Assembly: GCA_963725865.1 (NCBI GenBank)
Contig: CAVSAC010000010.1
Location: 288,001-352,000 of the forward strand
Direction: 5' to 3'
Length of the DNA: 64,000 nucleotides
Source of the DNA: Candidatus Eiseniibacteriota bacterium
Lineage (GTDB): Bacteria; Eisenbacteria; RBG-16-71-46
Under the pieces are notes generated by a model. That model was not told where the DNA came from. It saw nothing but the letters and a program-made list of their open reading frames with translations, and made no database searches. Of the stretch, positions 31,668 to 42,160 are shown piece after piece (position 1 is the stretch's first letter; every line of letters begins with the position of its first letter). A program made the translations under genes and the position numbers.

Positions 31668-33083
31668 TCAGTGCGAAACGCTGACCCACGAAGCCGCGGC
31701 GAATCGCACGAGGCTGCCACCCGCAAGTGTTGAGACCCAGACGGCCTGCCCGGACCACGTCAGGTTCGTGATCGCCATCCCGCTGATCTCTCTCGTCGCG
31801 ATGACGTCGTGCGTGCGCGGATCAAGCCGGGACAGCGCGTAGCCGCCGGAGTTCATGTCGCGCCTGCTGCCAACCCACAACGAGCCACCACCCATGGCCA
31901 TGCATCGTGGCCAGCCCTTCGTCGAAGTGGAGAGCTGCTCCTTGCCGCTGCGGGCGTCCCAGCGCGTCACGAACTGCGCCATGCCGTTCAGGGAGAAGAG
32001 CGACGCCCTCGAGATCGATACCCAGAGTGAGCTGCTATCGGACGCCATCGCAAGCGGGAAGCCCGTCAGCTTGATCCTCGGGCCGGCGGACCGGGTGGCG
32101 GGCTCGATCTGCACGAGCCCGTTCTTGAGCAGGATCCACGGGCGCTCGCCCGCCCAGACAATATCGGTCGCGACCGCGGGCAGTTCGACCTTGTGCACGC
32201 CGTGGTCCCGGATGCCGATGCGGAAGGCCGCCGCATGAAGGCCGATTGCCCACACGGCATCCGGGCCCACCGCCAGCCCGCTAAGGACCTCGGGCGTGGC
32301 AAACGTCGAAACGACCTGGTTCGTGGCTGTGGAGATCTCCCAGACGACAGGCCGATCCGCGCAGGCGACCCAGACGCTCGAGTCCCCGATCGCCATCGCC
32401 CCGGGCGCACCCTCCAGCGCGACCTGCCCGATTTCTGCGCCGTTCGACGGATCGAGACGCAGCAACAGCCTGCCGTCGGTAAGGTTCACCCACAACGCCT
32501 CGTGGTCGGCGATCAGCTTCCCCGCCGTGAGCGCGCCCGGGCGTCCTACGGGAACGATCGCGATGCCGTCCTCCGCGGGGCGTGGCTGTGCGCCCGGCGT
32601 CTCGCTGGAGTCCGCATGCGCAGGGGCCCGCGACTCGAGCGTATCGCGTACCTGCTCGAGCAGGTGCTGCAGTTCTTCCGCGTCCTTCCCCGACGTTCGA
32701 TCGAGATGGGTGTCGAGGACCATCAGCGTGGAGTGCACCTCGCCCTTCTCCCCAAGGACGCGTTTCGCGCCCACGAGATCGAGGATGGCGAAGTGGAGAT
32801 ATGTCTGCGAGCCCGGCGACAGCGCCGCAAGCTTCGCCGCCACCCCCGCTGCCCTCCAGAACGTGATCTCGCCGGTCCGTGCCGTATCGGCGGGTTCGTA
32901 GCCCAGCTCGGCCGCGCGGCGCGCCAGCTCGCTGGCAATCGCGGCGCGCGAGACATTGCGGATCACGACTTCGGGTCGCCCGCTGGGGGTCGGGGGTCCG
33001 CCGGCCGAGGCCGGACGGCAGGCCAGCCCTGCGGCGAGAATCAACCAGACCAGAAGCGGGGACGCGGCGCTGCGGCGATTCAT
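31668..33083 (-). CDS. Secreted protein with C-terminal YVTN/Vgb-like beta-propeller repeats
   Basis: Signal peptide; repeats LWVNLTDGRLLLRLDP, AIGDSSVWVA, AVGPDAVWA, GGGSLWVG. Confidence 0.75.
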   Translation of the reverse strand: MNRRSAASPLLVWLILAAGLACRPASAGGPPTPSGRPEVVIRNVSRAAIASELARRAAELGYEPADTARTGEITFWRAAGVAAKLAALSPGSQTYLHFAILDLVGAKRVLGEKGEVHSTLMVLDTHLDRTSGKDAEELQHLLEQVRDTLESRAPAHADSSETPGAQPRPAEDGIAIVPVGRPGALTAGKLIADHEALWVNLTDGRLLLRLDPSNGAEIGQVALEGAPGAMAIGDSSVWVACADRPVVWEISTATNQVVSTFATPEVLSGLAVGPDAVWAIGLHAAAFRIGIRDHGVHKVELPAVATDIVWAGERPWILLKNGLVQIEPATRSAGPRIKLTGFPLAMASDSSSLWVSISRASLFSLNGMAQFVTRWDARSGKEQLSTSTKGWPRCMAMGGGSLWVGSRRDMNSGGYALSRLDPRTHDVIATREISGMAITNLTWSGQAVWVSTLAGGSLVRFAAASWVSVSH

Positions 33084-33510
33084 GATTCACCTCTCCCAGG
33101 TCGAGGCGAGAACGAGCTCGAGGATGCGGGGCACGTGGACGAGGAGCTGGGCGCTGATGCTCGAGGACCGCGTCATGCGGATTCTCCCTTGGCTCGAGGG
33201 CGCACGGAAGCTCCGCGGCCGCGGGCTCCGCACCCTTCCCCATCCACCGCAGCCCATGATAGCGCACGGCCCGTTTGTCCAGCAGAATGGGCATCCACTG
33301 CACTAACACGGGAGTCACCGGGCCCACGAGTTCGTGGGCCGACTGGCTGTGGGTGAAGAAGCCGCGGTAGCGGGCGTCGGGCGTGGCGGACTCGCTGAGT
33401 TTCCAAGGCCGGCCAGGGGGTCCGTCAGACCCGCTTCGAACGCAATCACATCATCGCTTGGGGACCCGCCTTGCGAAGGCCATCGCGAAGTTGGTCAACG
33501 CTTCTCGAGC

Positions 33511-33748
33511 CGTCCCTCAGTTGTCCCCGAACTGTCCCCGTCGAGCGTCTACTCCCGACCAATCCCGTCGGCTCGCCCCCCACGCAAGTCGGTGTCTTTG
33601 TGCGTTTGGCCGACAGGTTGCGACGATGGTCCGGGTGGGGTCTCGGCTTGAAATCCCGTTGGGGACGCCAACTTCCTTCATCGCGTCGCAGGGACTTGCA
33701 GGCGTTTCGTAAGGCTCGAACGCTCCGATTGTCCCCGATCTGTCCCCG
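33511..33748 (+). repeat. Class B att site B1: tRNA core 33652-33670 with arm-type repeats on both sides
   Basis: TTGTCCCCGAACTGTCCCCG (33521-33540) ... AATCCCGTTGGGGACGCCA ... TTGTCCCCGATCTGTCCCCG (33729-33748). Confidence 0.85.
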
Positions 33749-33850
33749 TTCTCTCCGTGAGTGTGGCGCCGATCGCCACGAGCTTGCGTGGTTCACGGGC
33801 GGCTGAGTCGTGGAGCGCCGCGAGCTGAGCAGCGCAGTGCACTGAAGCCA

Positions 33851-33885
33851 TCGGGCGCGGCTCCAGGTCTCGGAGCCGCGCCCGA
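33851..33885. terminator. GC-rich hairpin just downstream of the DUF1579 gene
   Basis: TCGGGCGCGGCTCC-N7-GGAGCCGCGCCCGA perfect 14-bp stem; no clear U-tract. Confidence 0.5.
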
Positions 33886-33903
33886 ACCTCGAATGCCGCG
33901 CGA

Positions 33904-34500
33904 CTACTTCCGCGAGTACTCGATGGTCAGCATCTTCATTTCCTTCTTACCGCCCGGCGGCGTGCCGTACATCTCGAAGGTGTGGTGATCGTCGTCCTTG
34001 ATCGTCGTCACCATGCGCGACTTGGACGGCTTGCCGGTGACCGGGTCGGACATCGTGCCGATCCAGGTGATCACCCTGCCGCTGGCGTCGGCCGTGCCCA
34101 CGCTCGTCATGATCCCGGTGCCCATGTTGTCGACCCAGGTCGAGACGTACTTGCCGAGCACGTTGTCGTAGCCGGTCAGGCCCATGCCGCTGAACGGCTG
34201 GCCCATCATGTTGCCGCTCGTGACTTCCTGGCAATATCGGCCGTCCATCAGCATCGTGAGCGTCGAAGTCGACTGCTCCACTTCGGCCGGCTGCGACGGA
34301 TCCATCTGCGACGTGACCTTCGCGTTCCATTCTCCGGCCATCTTCTTCAGCATCTCGTGCTGGGGACCGGGCGTTGCGGCTCTGGTCATCTTCTCCATCA
34401 TCGCCTGCTGCTCGGCCGTCATCTTGGGCGGCGCGTCGGCGGCGAAGGCGGCGGTACAGACGAACAGCGCGACGGCGGCAAGCGCGATCCGCTTCTTCAT
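33904..34500 (-). CDS. DUF1579 family secreted protein
   Basis: GGAGG RBS; ATPGPQHEMLKKMAGEW...MMGQPFSGMGLTGYDN...YVSTWVDNMGTG. Confidence 0.85.
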   Translation of the reverse strand: MKKRIALAAVALFVCTAAFAADAPPKMTAEQQAMMEKMTRAATPGPQHEMLKKMAGEWNAKVTSQMDPSQPAEVEQSTSTLTMLMDGRYCQEVTSGNMMGQPFSGMGLTGYDNVLGKYVSTWVDNMGTGIMTSVGTADASGRVITWIGTMSDPVTGKPSKSRMVTTIKDDDHHTFEMYGTPPGGKKEMKMLTIEYSRK

Positions 34501-34704
34501 GGGTGACCTCCTTGTAGGTGGGGAGCCGGTGGGCGCTCAGGCTAGCAACCAGCCGCGGCCGAGGACAAGGCGTTCCTCGTCTGCGCGCCAAGCGAGGTAA
34601 ACTGCCGGTCGCTCATCGTCGGGCCTCGTGAGAATGGCGCGGCTACTGCGCTCGATCCGACAGCAGCGATCCGCCTGTGCCCTCGTCGCCCGGTTTCTGG
34701 GCGC

Positions 34705-34796
34705 TCAGGCAGCCAGACCAGTCCCCCGCCGCAGCCTGTCCATTCTCCGCAACCACCCCAGCACCCGGTTCGAATTCCCGATGGCTGGGGACGCCA
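34705..34796 (+). repeat. Class A att-like relic A4
   Basis: GGTTCGAATTCCCGATGGCTGGGGACGCCA; peptide VASPAIGNSNRVLGWLRRMDRLRRGTGLAA*. Confidence 0.9.
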
Positions 34797-34812
34797 CTTA
34801 GCCGCTGCGTGG

Positions 34813-35643
34813 CTAATTCGAAACCACCTCTGCTGCACCTTCTGCTGCACTCTTCGCTCGCCAGATTCGGGACGCCTCCTGCCGCACGGCCTCGTCGCTG
34901 AGCCTCGCGTACATCTGCGTGGTGGCAATCGAGGCGTGACCGAGCATCTGCTGCAGAGCGGGCAAGCTACCACCCATCTCCAGCCAGCGGCATGCAAACG
35001 TGTGACGCATCATGTGCGGGTGGAATCGCTCGACCCCGCTGAGCCTCCGCACGTGCCAGCTGAAGTTCCCTGAATCGGCATCCCTGAACGGCACGAGCCG
35101 GCCCTGTCGCGTGCTAAGCTCCTCGGCCAGCGAATCGGACAGCGGAACCCTCCGGACCTTTCCGCTCTTCGACTTGGCGACGGTAAGCGTGCCGTTCCTG
35201 AGATCACTCGGCAGGAGCCTGCAGAGCTCTCCCCACCGGAGACCAGAGCCCAAGCCAAGCCGCAAGACGAATCCGTACGGCTCCTCCAGCCCGACGAGCT
35301 GAGCAACCTCCTCGTCCGACAACCTGTCTGGGAGGCGTTCCTGGAGGCGCGGAAGCAGTCTTCGCGGTACGGGCGACTTGTCCACCAGCCCCGAGTCCGC
35401 GCACCAGCCGAAGAAGCAACGGCAGTCCGAGAGAACGTGACAGACCGTCATCGGCGAGAGCTCGCGACGTTCGAGAGCAAGGCGCAGCCGTCTCAAATCC
35501 TCGGCTGTCACCTTCGAAACGATTTCCTTCCCGAACGCTGGAAGGACGTACCGCTCAGCCCTCGACCTTGCCAAACCCTGCCCCTTCTGGTTGCGAACTG
35601 TCGCGATGTAGAGGCACAGCCACTGCTCAATTGCCTCCGCCAC
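34813..35643 (-). CDS. Tyrosine recombinase/integrase, probably N-terminally truncated
   Basis: Catalytic R (GLRWGE), K (KSKSGK), HxxR (HMMRH), LGH, Y (TQMY). The frame is open only ~15 codons upstream (LEELKATEKTLT) before a stop. Confidence 0.9.
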   Translation of the reverse strand: MAEAIEQWLCLYIATVRNQKGQGLARSRAERYVLPAFGKEIVSKVTAEDLRRLRLALERRELSPMTVCHVLSDCRCFFGWCADSGLVDKSPVPRRLLPRLQERLPDRLSDEEVAQLVGLEEPYGFVLRLGLGSGLRWGELCRLLPSDLRNGTLTVAKSKSGKVRRVPLSDSLAEELSTRQGRLVPFRDADSGNFSWHVRRLSGVERFHPHMMRHTFACRWLEMGGSLPALQQMLGHASIATTQMYARLSDEAVRQEASRIWRAKSAAEGAAEVVSN

Positions 35644-35905
35644 CGTGAGTGTCTTCTCGGTCGCCTTGAGCTCCTCAAGTGGGCACCATCATGGAACAAC
35701 GCCCCGGGGATGGAAAAACGCAAGGGGAGCGCACCCGGAGCCGCGTAGAGGAAGGGAAAAAGCCACTACCAGCTGCGGCGGCGCGCCTGTCTCTATGAGT
35801 CCAAGCATCGTCCTGCGGCGGGTCCAGAGCCATCGATCGGCGAACTGCCGAGGTCGCGCTCGGCGATAGCGGTGGGAAGAGACAGAGGACCGCTTGAGCA
35901 TGGGC

Positions 35906-35989
35906 TTAGACCGCCATCGTAAGCTGCAGCCTAGCCGTCTCCTTCAACCAAGGGCCAAGCGGTTCGAATTCGGGATGCTCAGGGAGGCC
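35906..35989 (+). repeat. Degenerate class A relic A5
   Basis: GGTTCGAATTCGGGATGCTCAGGGAGGCC; peptide ASLSIPNSNRLA/WLKETARLQLTMAV* with a 1-nt frameshift. Confidence 0.65.
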
Positions 35990-36186
35990 GAGCGTCTTTC
36001 GAGGCCATCGGCCTCGAGTGTCGCTGCGGTGAATCGCCCTCCGGGGGGTGGGAACGCGCACTCACCCGGGCCGTGCAAGCCCGCGCCGTGCGCCGCCGGC
36101 GTGGTATCTTCGTTCCATCGGGTCGGGTCCGCTCCTACACTCCTCGATCGGTGTCCTCGAGCGACCTGGCCCATCGGAGGTACCCC

Positions 36187-37119
36187 ATGCGCGCGATCCC
36201 CGCGATCTCCTCAGGGCTCCTTCTGCTCACCCTCGCCGTCCCCGGGGCGTACGCCCAGCTCGCCACGGGCCACTGGACGCCCGCGTACGCCACGCCGCTC
36301 GTGGTGCAGACGACGCAGAGCACGGGCAAGTACGGCGCCGGTGGACGTGCAGCGTCGACCTCGTACGAGTTGGATGCCGCGTACGGCTACGTCGACGGTG
36401 CTGCGCTCCACCTGCTGCTGACTGGCAACATCGTCATAGGCTGGAACGCCGAGGGCCAGACCATCTGGTCGCCGATCGACGTCTTCCTGGACACCCGCGC
36501 GGGCGGACAGAACCAGCTCCTGCCCAGCAACCCCGTGGTGTCCCCGGCCGACTACGACCTGACGACCATGACCGGCTTGCGTTTCGATTCCGGCTTCGAG
36601 CCGGACTGGTGGTTCTGCGCCGGCGCCGATCCGGGCTACTGCTGCGGCACCTACGTCGTGAAGGCCGTGATGGCCGAGTTGCCCACGGCAGGCGGCGGCG
36701 CAGGCACGCTGCTCGGCGACGTCCCGCTCGGCACGAGCGCGCCACTTTCGGGCGGCAGCAATCCGAGCGGCGTCTCTGTCGCGATCGACGACACCAACAC
36801 CGTCGGCGTCACGCACGGCTGCGGCGCGTGGTCCGGGCCGGAGATCGGCAGCGGCATCGAGTTCGTGATCCCGCTCGGGGCGATCGGCAATCCCACCGGC
36901 TGCATCCGGGTCTGCGCGTTCGATCCGGTGTTCAACGGCAACACGCCGATCTCGAACCAGGTGCTCGGTCCCGTGCCGCCGGGCACGTGCGACCTGGGGC
37001 CGGCCGGCTCCGTGGACTTCGGCACGAACCCCGGCCCGCAGTGGTTCACGATCTGCCCGGGCGGCACCACGCCCGCGCGCCGGGCCACCTGGGGCTCGCT
37101 CAAGGCCATCTACCGCTAG
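36187..37119 (+). CDS. Secreted protein with C-terminal TWGSLKAIYR motif
   Basis: GGAGG RBS, signal peptide, ends TTPARRATWGSLKAIYR*. Confidence 0.85.
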   Translation: MRAIPAISSGLLLLTLAVPGAYAQLATGHWTPAYATPLVVQTTQSTGKYGAGGRAASTSYELDAAYGYVDGAALHLLLTGNIVIGWNAEGQTIWSPIDVFLDTRAGGQNQLLPSNPVVSPADYDLTTMTGLRFDSGFEPDWWFCAGADPGYCCGTYVVKAVMAELPTAGGGAGTLLGDVPLGTSAPLSGGSNPSGVSVAIDDTNTVGVTHGCGAWSGPEIGSGIEFVIPLGAIGNPTGCIRVCAFDPVFNGNTPISNQVLGPVPPGTCDLGPAGSVDFGTNPGPQWFTICPGGTTPARRATWGSLKAIYR

Positions 37120-37152
37120 AAAGAAACAACAGCGGCGGCCGTCTGGGTTCGC

Positions 37153-37385
37153 TCAGGCGACCGCTTCTGCTTGGACCTTGAAGCCGAGTTCCTCGAGTCG
37201 GCGGATGAGGCGATGTGCGACGTTGATGCGGTCGCGTTGATCGAAGAGGCCAGCTCCGAGATCGCGATACTCCCCGCCGTCACGGAACTGGTGGCAGGCG
37301 GCGGTGAGCATGGACGCGGCGACGGCCGGGATGGCCTACTTCGCACCCCGATGGCCCTTGAGGTGGAGGAGTTGCGCCCGCAAGC
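37153..37385 (-). pseudogene. IS110-family transposase C-terminal remnant
   Basis: Own translation RAQLLHLKGHRGAK*AIPAVAASMLTAACHQFRDGGEYRDLGAGLFDQRDRINVAHRLIRRLEELGFKVQAEAVA*; internal stop. Confidence 0.75.
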
Positions 37386-37502
37386 GGCCTGGCGGTCAGA
37401 CCCGAAGGGCGTATCCTGCCGTTCCTGTACCGCGCGGGTGTCCCTCAGGTGCTGTCCGCCCGTGTCCCATTCTTGTCGACGCCGTACATCCGAGAGGCGA
37501 TC

Positions 37503-38101
37503 GTGCGGAATACGATTCTATTGCTGCTCCTGACGCTGACGCCGATGCGCCATGCCACCGCGATCGATAGTGTCTCCGAACAGGCTCTGCAGGAGGCCGC
37601 GAACAAGACGATCGCCGGCGCGTGTTCGAGGAGATCTTCAACCAGGGGAAGTTCGGGGTCGCGGACGAGATCTATGCCCGAGACTTCGTGAATCACGGAC
37701 TTCACCGGGATTTCGACTTGAAAGAGGATCAAGCCGCGGTGCATGAAGAGAGGCGGGCATTCCCCGATCTCAAGATGACGGTCGACTTGATGGTGGCGAA
37801 GGGGGATCTCGTCACCGTGGTGTGGAACTTTCGCGGGACGCAGACCGCTTCGGGATTTGGGTTGCCTCCCACAGGGGCGAGGATCGACATGCGCGGAATC
37901 ACCGTGTGGCGCATCGTCCACGGGAGGATCCGTGAGGAGTGGACCTCGTTCGACCGACTACGGCCCGTCCTCCAACTCCTCACGCACTTGAGGTGGGCGA
38001 TCCTCGGCCTTCTGGCGGCTGCTCTTGTTCTCGGATGGCTCGTTGTGGGAGGGGCGTGCCGCTGGTGGTCAGGGCACCACGGGAGCAGCGTCACGTCGTG
38101 A
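37503..38101 (+). CDS. SnoaL-like ester cyclase (NTF2-like) with signal peptide and C-terminal TM; frameshift near 37620
   Basis: ANKTIA/RVFEEIFNQG...AFPDLKMTVDLMVAKGDLV...FRGTQT...PPTGARI...GRIREEW. Confidence 0.75.
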
Positions 38102-38310
38102 GTCGGACGGGCGGATGGGGCAGCGACTCCGCAGGGTATCGCGGACCGAATCGACCCCGGATCCCGGAGTGCTCGCGGCCTCGATCGAGACGGGGCGTCG
38201 GCCGGACCCACGGATGCGAGGCGAATGCCTGCGAGCGCGTTCCTGGGCGAGCTCCAGAATCTCCGCCGCCTGGCGGGGCGACGTCCAAGCGCGGGCCCAG
38301 CCCGTTGCGG

Positions 38311-38471
38311 CTGTCCCTCGATTGTCCCCGAACCGTCCCCGTCGAGCGTCTACTTCCTTCGCTTCCCGTCGCCTCGCCCCAGAGGCAAGTCGTTGTCTTT
38401 GCGCTCTTGGACGACAGGTTGCGACGATAGTCTGCAGGGTCTCTTGTCTTCGAATCCCGTTGGGGACGCCA
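38311..38471 (+). repeat. Class B att site B2 (core 38449-38471)
   Basis: TTGTCCCCGAACCGTCCCCG arm; ~130 bp similar to the left arm of B1; exact TTCGAATCCCGTTGGGGACGCCA. Confidence 0.9.
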
Positions 38472-38503
38472 CATTCGCGCCGCAGCAGCACTCGCCCGCG
38501 GGC

Positions 38504-41032
38504 TCACCTCATCAACACCATTCGAGTCGTGCGGGAGTCGCCCGCGCGTCGAAGGCGCGCGAAATAGACACCCGGGCGCCATGCCTCGGATCCTTCGAGG
38601 CGCACCGAATGAACTCCGGGCCCCAGTGCACCGACGTCCCTCGACAGGCACTGGCGTCCCCGGATGTCGAAGACCTCGAACTGCGCGGGCCCGGTCGACG
38701 GCAGGCTGAACACGACCTGGATGCTCCCGCCGGCCGGGTTGGGCCGGGCGCCGAAGAGGGCCAGCCGGAGGTTGGCGGGGTCGGCGACGAACCACGAAGC
38801 GGAATGCCACGCCGACGCGCCGTCCGGGATGGCGACTCGATACTGGTAGTCGTGCTCGGTCTTGACATCGTGGTCCGTGAAGGTGGCGAGCCCGTCGACA
38901 TCAAACTCGAGCGCGCCGATCTTCACCCAGTCGGTGGACTCCTCGCGGCGCTCGACGTTTGCGAGTCGGCCCGAGGCAGTGACGGATCGCCACTGAAGGA
39001 CGACCGCATCCTGTGACCGTTCGGCGCCGAGCAGCGACACCGACATAGGCCCAACGGCGAGCGCCCAGGCGTCGATTTCGTTGGTCCCCGGCAACGAGGC
39101 GAACAGCGCGAGCAATTGATCGCGAACCGGATCGTAGGCAATCGCCGAGGAGATCGTCGGCGAAGCCGTGGCGAACGACAGATCCGTCCAGGGCGCCGAG
39201 TCATCTACGCCGCGAGTGCGAACGCTCGTGGCGTTCGCAATGAACATTCGGCTGGTCCGGACATCGAACGTGGCCTGCGCGTCGGGAGGCGCCGGCACCG
39301 CCGCGTCGCCAGCAGCACCGAGTCGGCTCCACTGGAGGGTCGTTTCGAGAGGGCTCGCCCACACGACCGCTCCGAAGGACCGGCGCGTGCGCGGCATGTC
39401 GTTCACCTCCCACCCCCCGAGGATCACGAAGCGATCGTGAACGGGGTCGTAGAAGGAGGCGTGGCCGGCCGATCCCATCGGTAGCAAACCTAGTAGGCTC
39501 CACGATGGCGTAGGCCCGAGCGAAAGCGCCCACACCCCATTCTGGGTGAACCCCGCGGAATGCGCATATGGGAGCCATCCCCCGCTCACGATGAGCCGGT
39601 TGCGGCGCGTATCGAGCGCGACCGACGCGCCCACGCCCAGGCGCACGGTGTCCGTGGGCGCGAGAGGTCCGAGCGCGCTCCAACTTCGTGGCTCGGCGGC
39701 CGGCGTCGACCAGGCCTGTCCGCCATCGAACACGATGATCCGGTCAGCGAGCGAGTCGTACACCGATGCGATGGGGTACGTGGTGTCGAACCACATGCTC
39801 GGCGCGCGGAGGGCTCGCACGGCTTGCCAATGGTGCACAGCGGCCGGTCGGAAGATCCAGACCGCCGAATCGATGCTGGAGTAGGCGCCCCCCATAACGA
39901 CGAACCGATCCCGACGCGAATCGTACAGGACCGCGTGACCTGATCGTGCGCCCGGCGCGGGTAGAGGGTTGGGCGGCAGGACCGCATCCCAGTGGATAAG
40001 ATTCGCGAGCGAGAGCGCGGAGGTCTGCGGATATCCGCCACCCCCACAGGCGAGCAGGCGGTCCGTGTCGGGATCGTAGACGTCGATCGGGTACGAGCGT
40101 CCTCGCAACGTATCGGTCGTTACGATTGGTCTCCACTCAGGTGATCCGTCGAGCGAGAGCGCCCAGAGATTGTCGGGCTCGATGCCGCTCTGCGCGTTGA
40201 TGCCTCCGTGCACCAGCATGCGGCGCCGAATGGGATCGTAAACCGCCCCGAAAGCCGATCGTGCGCCGGGGACCGCCCCGGCAACGGTGATCGAGGTCCA
40301 CGCGGCCGTATCACCCAGACTCAGCTCCCACGTGTCGTTCCAGAAGCCGCGCGTTTCGGATTCGTAGTGACCGCCAAAGACCATCATCCGCTGCCGCTCG
40401 GGATCGTACACGGCTCCGTGGCCCTCTCGCCCTCCGGGCATCGGACCGCCTGCTGTGATCTCGGACCACGCACCCGTTGCGAGCGACAACGACCACGATT
40501 CCGACAGGAACCGCGTTGGCGACGAGTAGTCCATGCCTCCGAACATGACGACGCGATCGTGGACCGGGTCGTAGATCGTCGAGTGCCCGCAGCGACCAAG
40601 CGGATTCCCACTCGTGACGAGCCCCTCCCACGCAGGTGTTCCCTGGAGGCTGAGCCCCCACACGTCGATCGCCTGCCCATGGTAGCTGCCGAACACCAGC
40701 AGTCGGTCGCGCACCGGGTCCATCACGATACTGGCGAGGTACCGCTGCGAAGGAGGAGTCCCAACGGTCGCCACCGTGGACCAGCGCGGAGCGGCCCCGG
40801 GATCGAAGGCGTGCACCACGATCGGTCGGTCGGAATAGTCAGCATCTATGGCGAGCACGCGATGGCGGGGCGCGTCGTAGACGCCCATCGGGACCCCGAG
40901 CGTCGGCGGGAGGGGCGCGGAAGTCTCGAGTAGCCTCCACGGCATCGGATCCGAGGCACGCGCGGGGCCCGCAGCCGAGGAGGTAGCGAGGACGAGGACC
41001 GGCGCGAGCACCAAGGCCGAGAAGCGGCTCAT
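38504..41032 (-). CDS. Secreted Kelch-repeat protein with C-terminal CTD
   Basis: Repeats GHSTIYDPVHDRVVMFGG, GHGAVYDPERQRMMVFGG; tail RPNP...FSLP...PGVYFARL. Confidence 0.85.
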   Translation of the reverse strand: MSRFSALVLAPVLVLATSSAAGPARASDPMPWRLLETSAPLPPTLGVPMGVYDAPRHRVLAIDADYSDRPIVVHAFDPGAAPRWSTVATVGTPPSQRYLASIVMDPVRDRLLVFGSYHGQAIDVWGLSLQGTPAWEGLVTSGNPLGRCGHSTIYDPVHDRVVMFGGMDYSSPTRFLSESWSLSLATGAWSEITAGGPMPGGREGHGAVYDPERQRMMVFGGHYESETRGFWNDTWELSLGDTAAWTSITVAGAVPGARSAFGAVYDPIRRRMLVHGGINAQSGIEPDNLWALSLDGSPEWRPIVTTDTLRGRSYPIDVYDPDTDRLLACGGGGYPQTSALSLANLIHWDAVLPPNPLPAPGARSGHAVLYDSRRDRFVVMGGAYSSIDSAVWIFRPAAVHHWQAVRALRAPSMWFDTTYPIASVYDSLADRIIVFDGGQAWSTPAAEPRSWSALGPLAPTDTVRLGVGASVALDTRRNRLIVSGGWLPYAHSAGFTQNGVWALSLGPTPSWSLLGLLPMGSAGHASFYDPVHDRFVILGGWEVNDMPRTRRSFGAVVWASPLETTLQWSRLGAAGDAAVPAPPDAQATFDVRTSRMFIANATSVRTRGVDDSAPWTDLSFATASPTISSAIAYDPVRDQLLALFASLPGTNEIDAWALAVGPMSVSLLGAERSQDAVVLQWRSVTASGRLANVERREESTDWVKIGALEFDVDGLATFTDHDVKTEHDYQYRVAIPDGASAWHSASWFVADPANLRLALFGARPNPAGGSIQVVFSLPSTGPAQFEVFDIRGRQCLSRDVGALGPGVHSVRLEGSEAWRPGVYFARLRRAGDSRTTRMVLMR

Positions 41033-41274
41033 CAGACCCTCCCACGATTCAGAATGGGACCGAGTCTACGCCCTTGGCAGCTCAGTGGCCATGGGCCGAA
41101 CTCCGTCGGCGAACGCAGCGCGGCCGCCCCACCGAAGCGAGGGTCGTCTCGACGGCATCCTGCCTGCGCGCGTCCTGCGAACGCAGCAGGTATTGCCGGA
41201 TCTCGTGGGCGACGTGAGGCTGCCCAGAACTCACTCGCTCAAGCTGGCCGAAGGGAACGAGAACCCAAGTCACT

Positions 41275-41372
41275 TTAGGGTGTGCCGGCTGCTTCGACCT
41301 GCTGCCGTAGCGCGTTCATTGCCCTTAGCCAGCCCAGAGCCCGGTTCGAATTCGCGATGGTTGGGGACGCCA
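41275..41372 (+). repeat. Class A att-like relic A6
   Basis: GGTTCGAATTCGCGATGGTTGGGGACGCCA; peptide LASPTIANSNRALGWLRAMNALRQQVEAAGTP*. Confidence 0.9.
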
Positions 41373-41679
41373 ACAGCGCTCTGCCTGCCTTGTCCGATCG
41401 ACGGATCGGGCTGATCATTCAGGCACAGCGGCCCCAAATGGGTCCTGCTCGTACGCTCCCTGGCCCCGTCGCCATCGGCGTCGAGATTTCATTGACGCGT
41501 CGTTCGCGTGGCGGAGCTGGTGCCGGCGGTCGTTGTCGCCCCCCGAATGGCTCCGCAGTGAGTACGCTTAGAGATTCAACCTGCACCGCACCTCGTTCCG
41601 AGCTCGACGGGCACTGAACTGAGTTCGGGGCACCCCCTCGACGGCGACGCGGCGAGGCATCGCGCCGCACTGCGTGGCC

Positions 41680-42160
41680 TCAGGCGTTTGTTCGAGCGCC
41701 CCTCCCGCTCCGAAACAAGTTCAACCACAGCCCTCGTTCCTCGGGGCTCAAGCCGCCGAACTCGGCCATGAGTTCACTGGCGAACTCGACGTCTCCCAAA
41801 CCGCTTGCGGTGATCAGTCCCTTGTCGCGGATCGCGGGCACGTCGACTTAGGCTGCATCGTCCGCGCAATCGGGCACCTGCAGGTGGAGATACGTCAATC
41901 CGTTGCTGGTGTGGCGACGGCCGCAGAGCCGGCCGATTCGAGCAATCACGGTCGTGACAGCACAGATGGCCGCGATGGGCACCCCCAGCTCGTCGAGAGA
42001 GCGCAGCAACCAGTAAGTTGAGGCTCGATCGGCTGTTGCTCCCAGCGATCGCCGCCGGGCAGCTTGAAGGCAGCTACGTCTGTGACCTCGACAGCCGCGA
42101 GGGTTCGCCTCGGTTGAACTTCGATGCCGCCCATCGATTTGACCGGGGCGGCGGTTCCGC
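41680..42160 (-). pseudogene. DJ-1/PfpI-family (YoaZ-like) pseudogene
   Basis: PVKSMGGIEVQP...LPGGDRWE / frameshift / LDELGVPIAAICAVTTVIA...HTSNG...AA*VDVPAIRDKGLITASGLGDVEFA; N-terminus missing. Confidence 0.75.
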
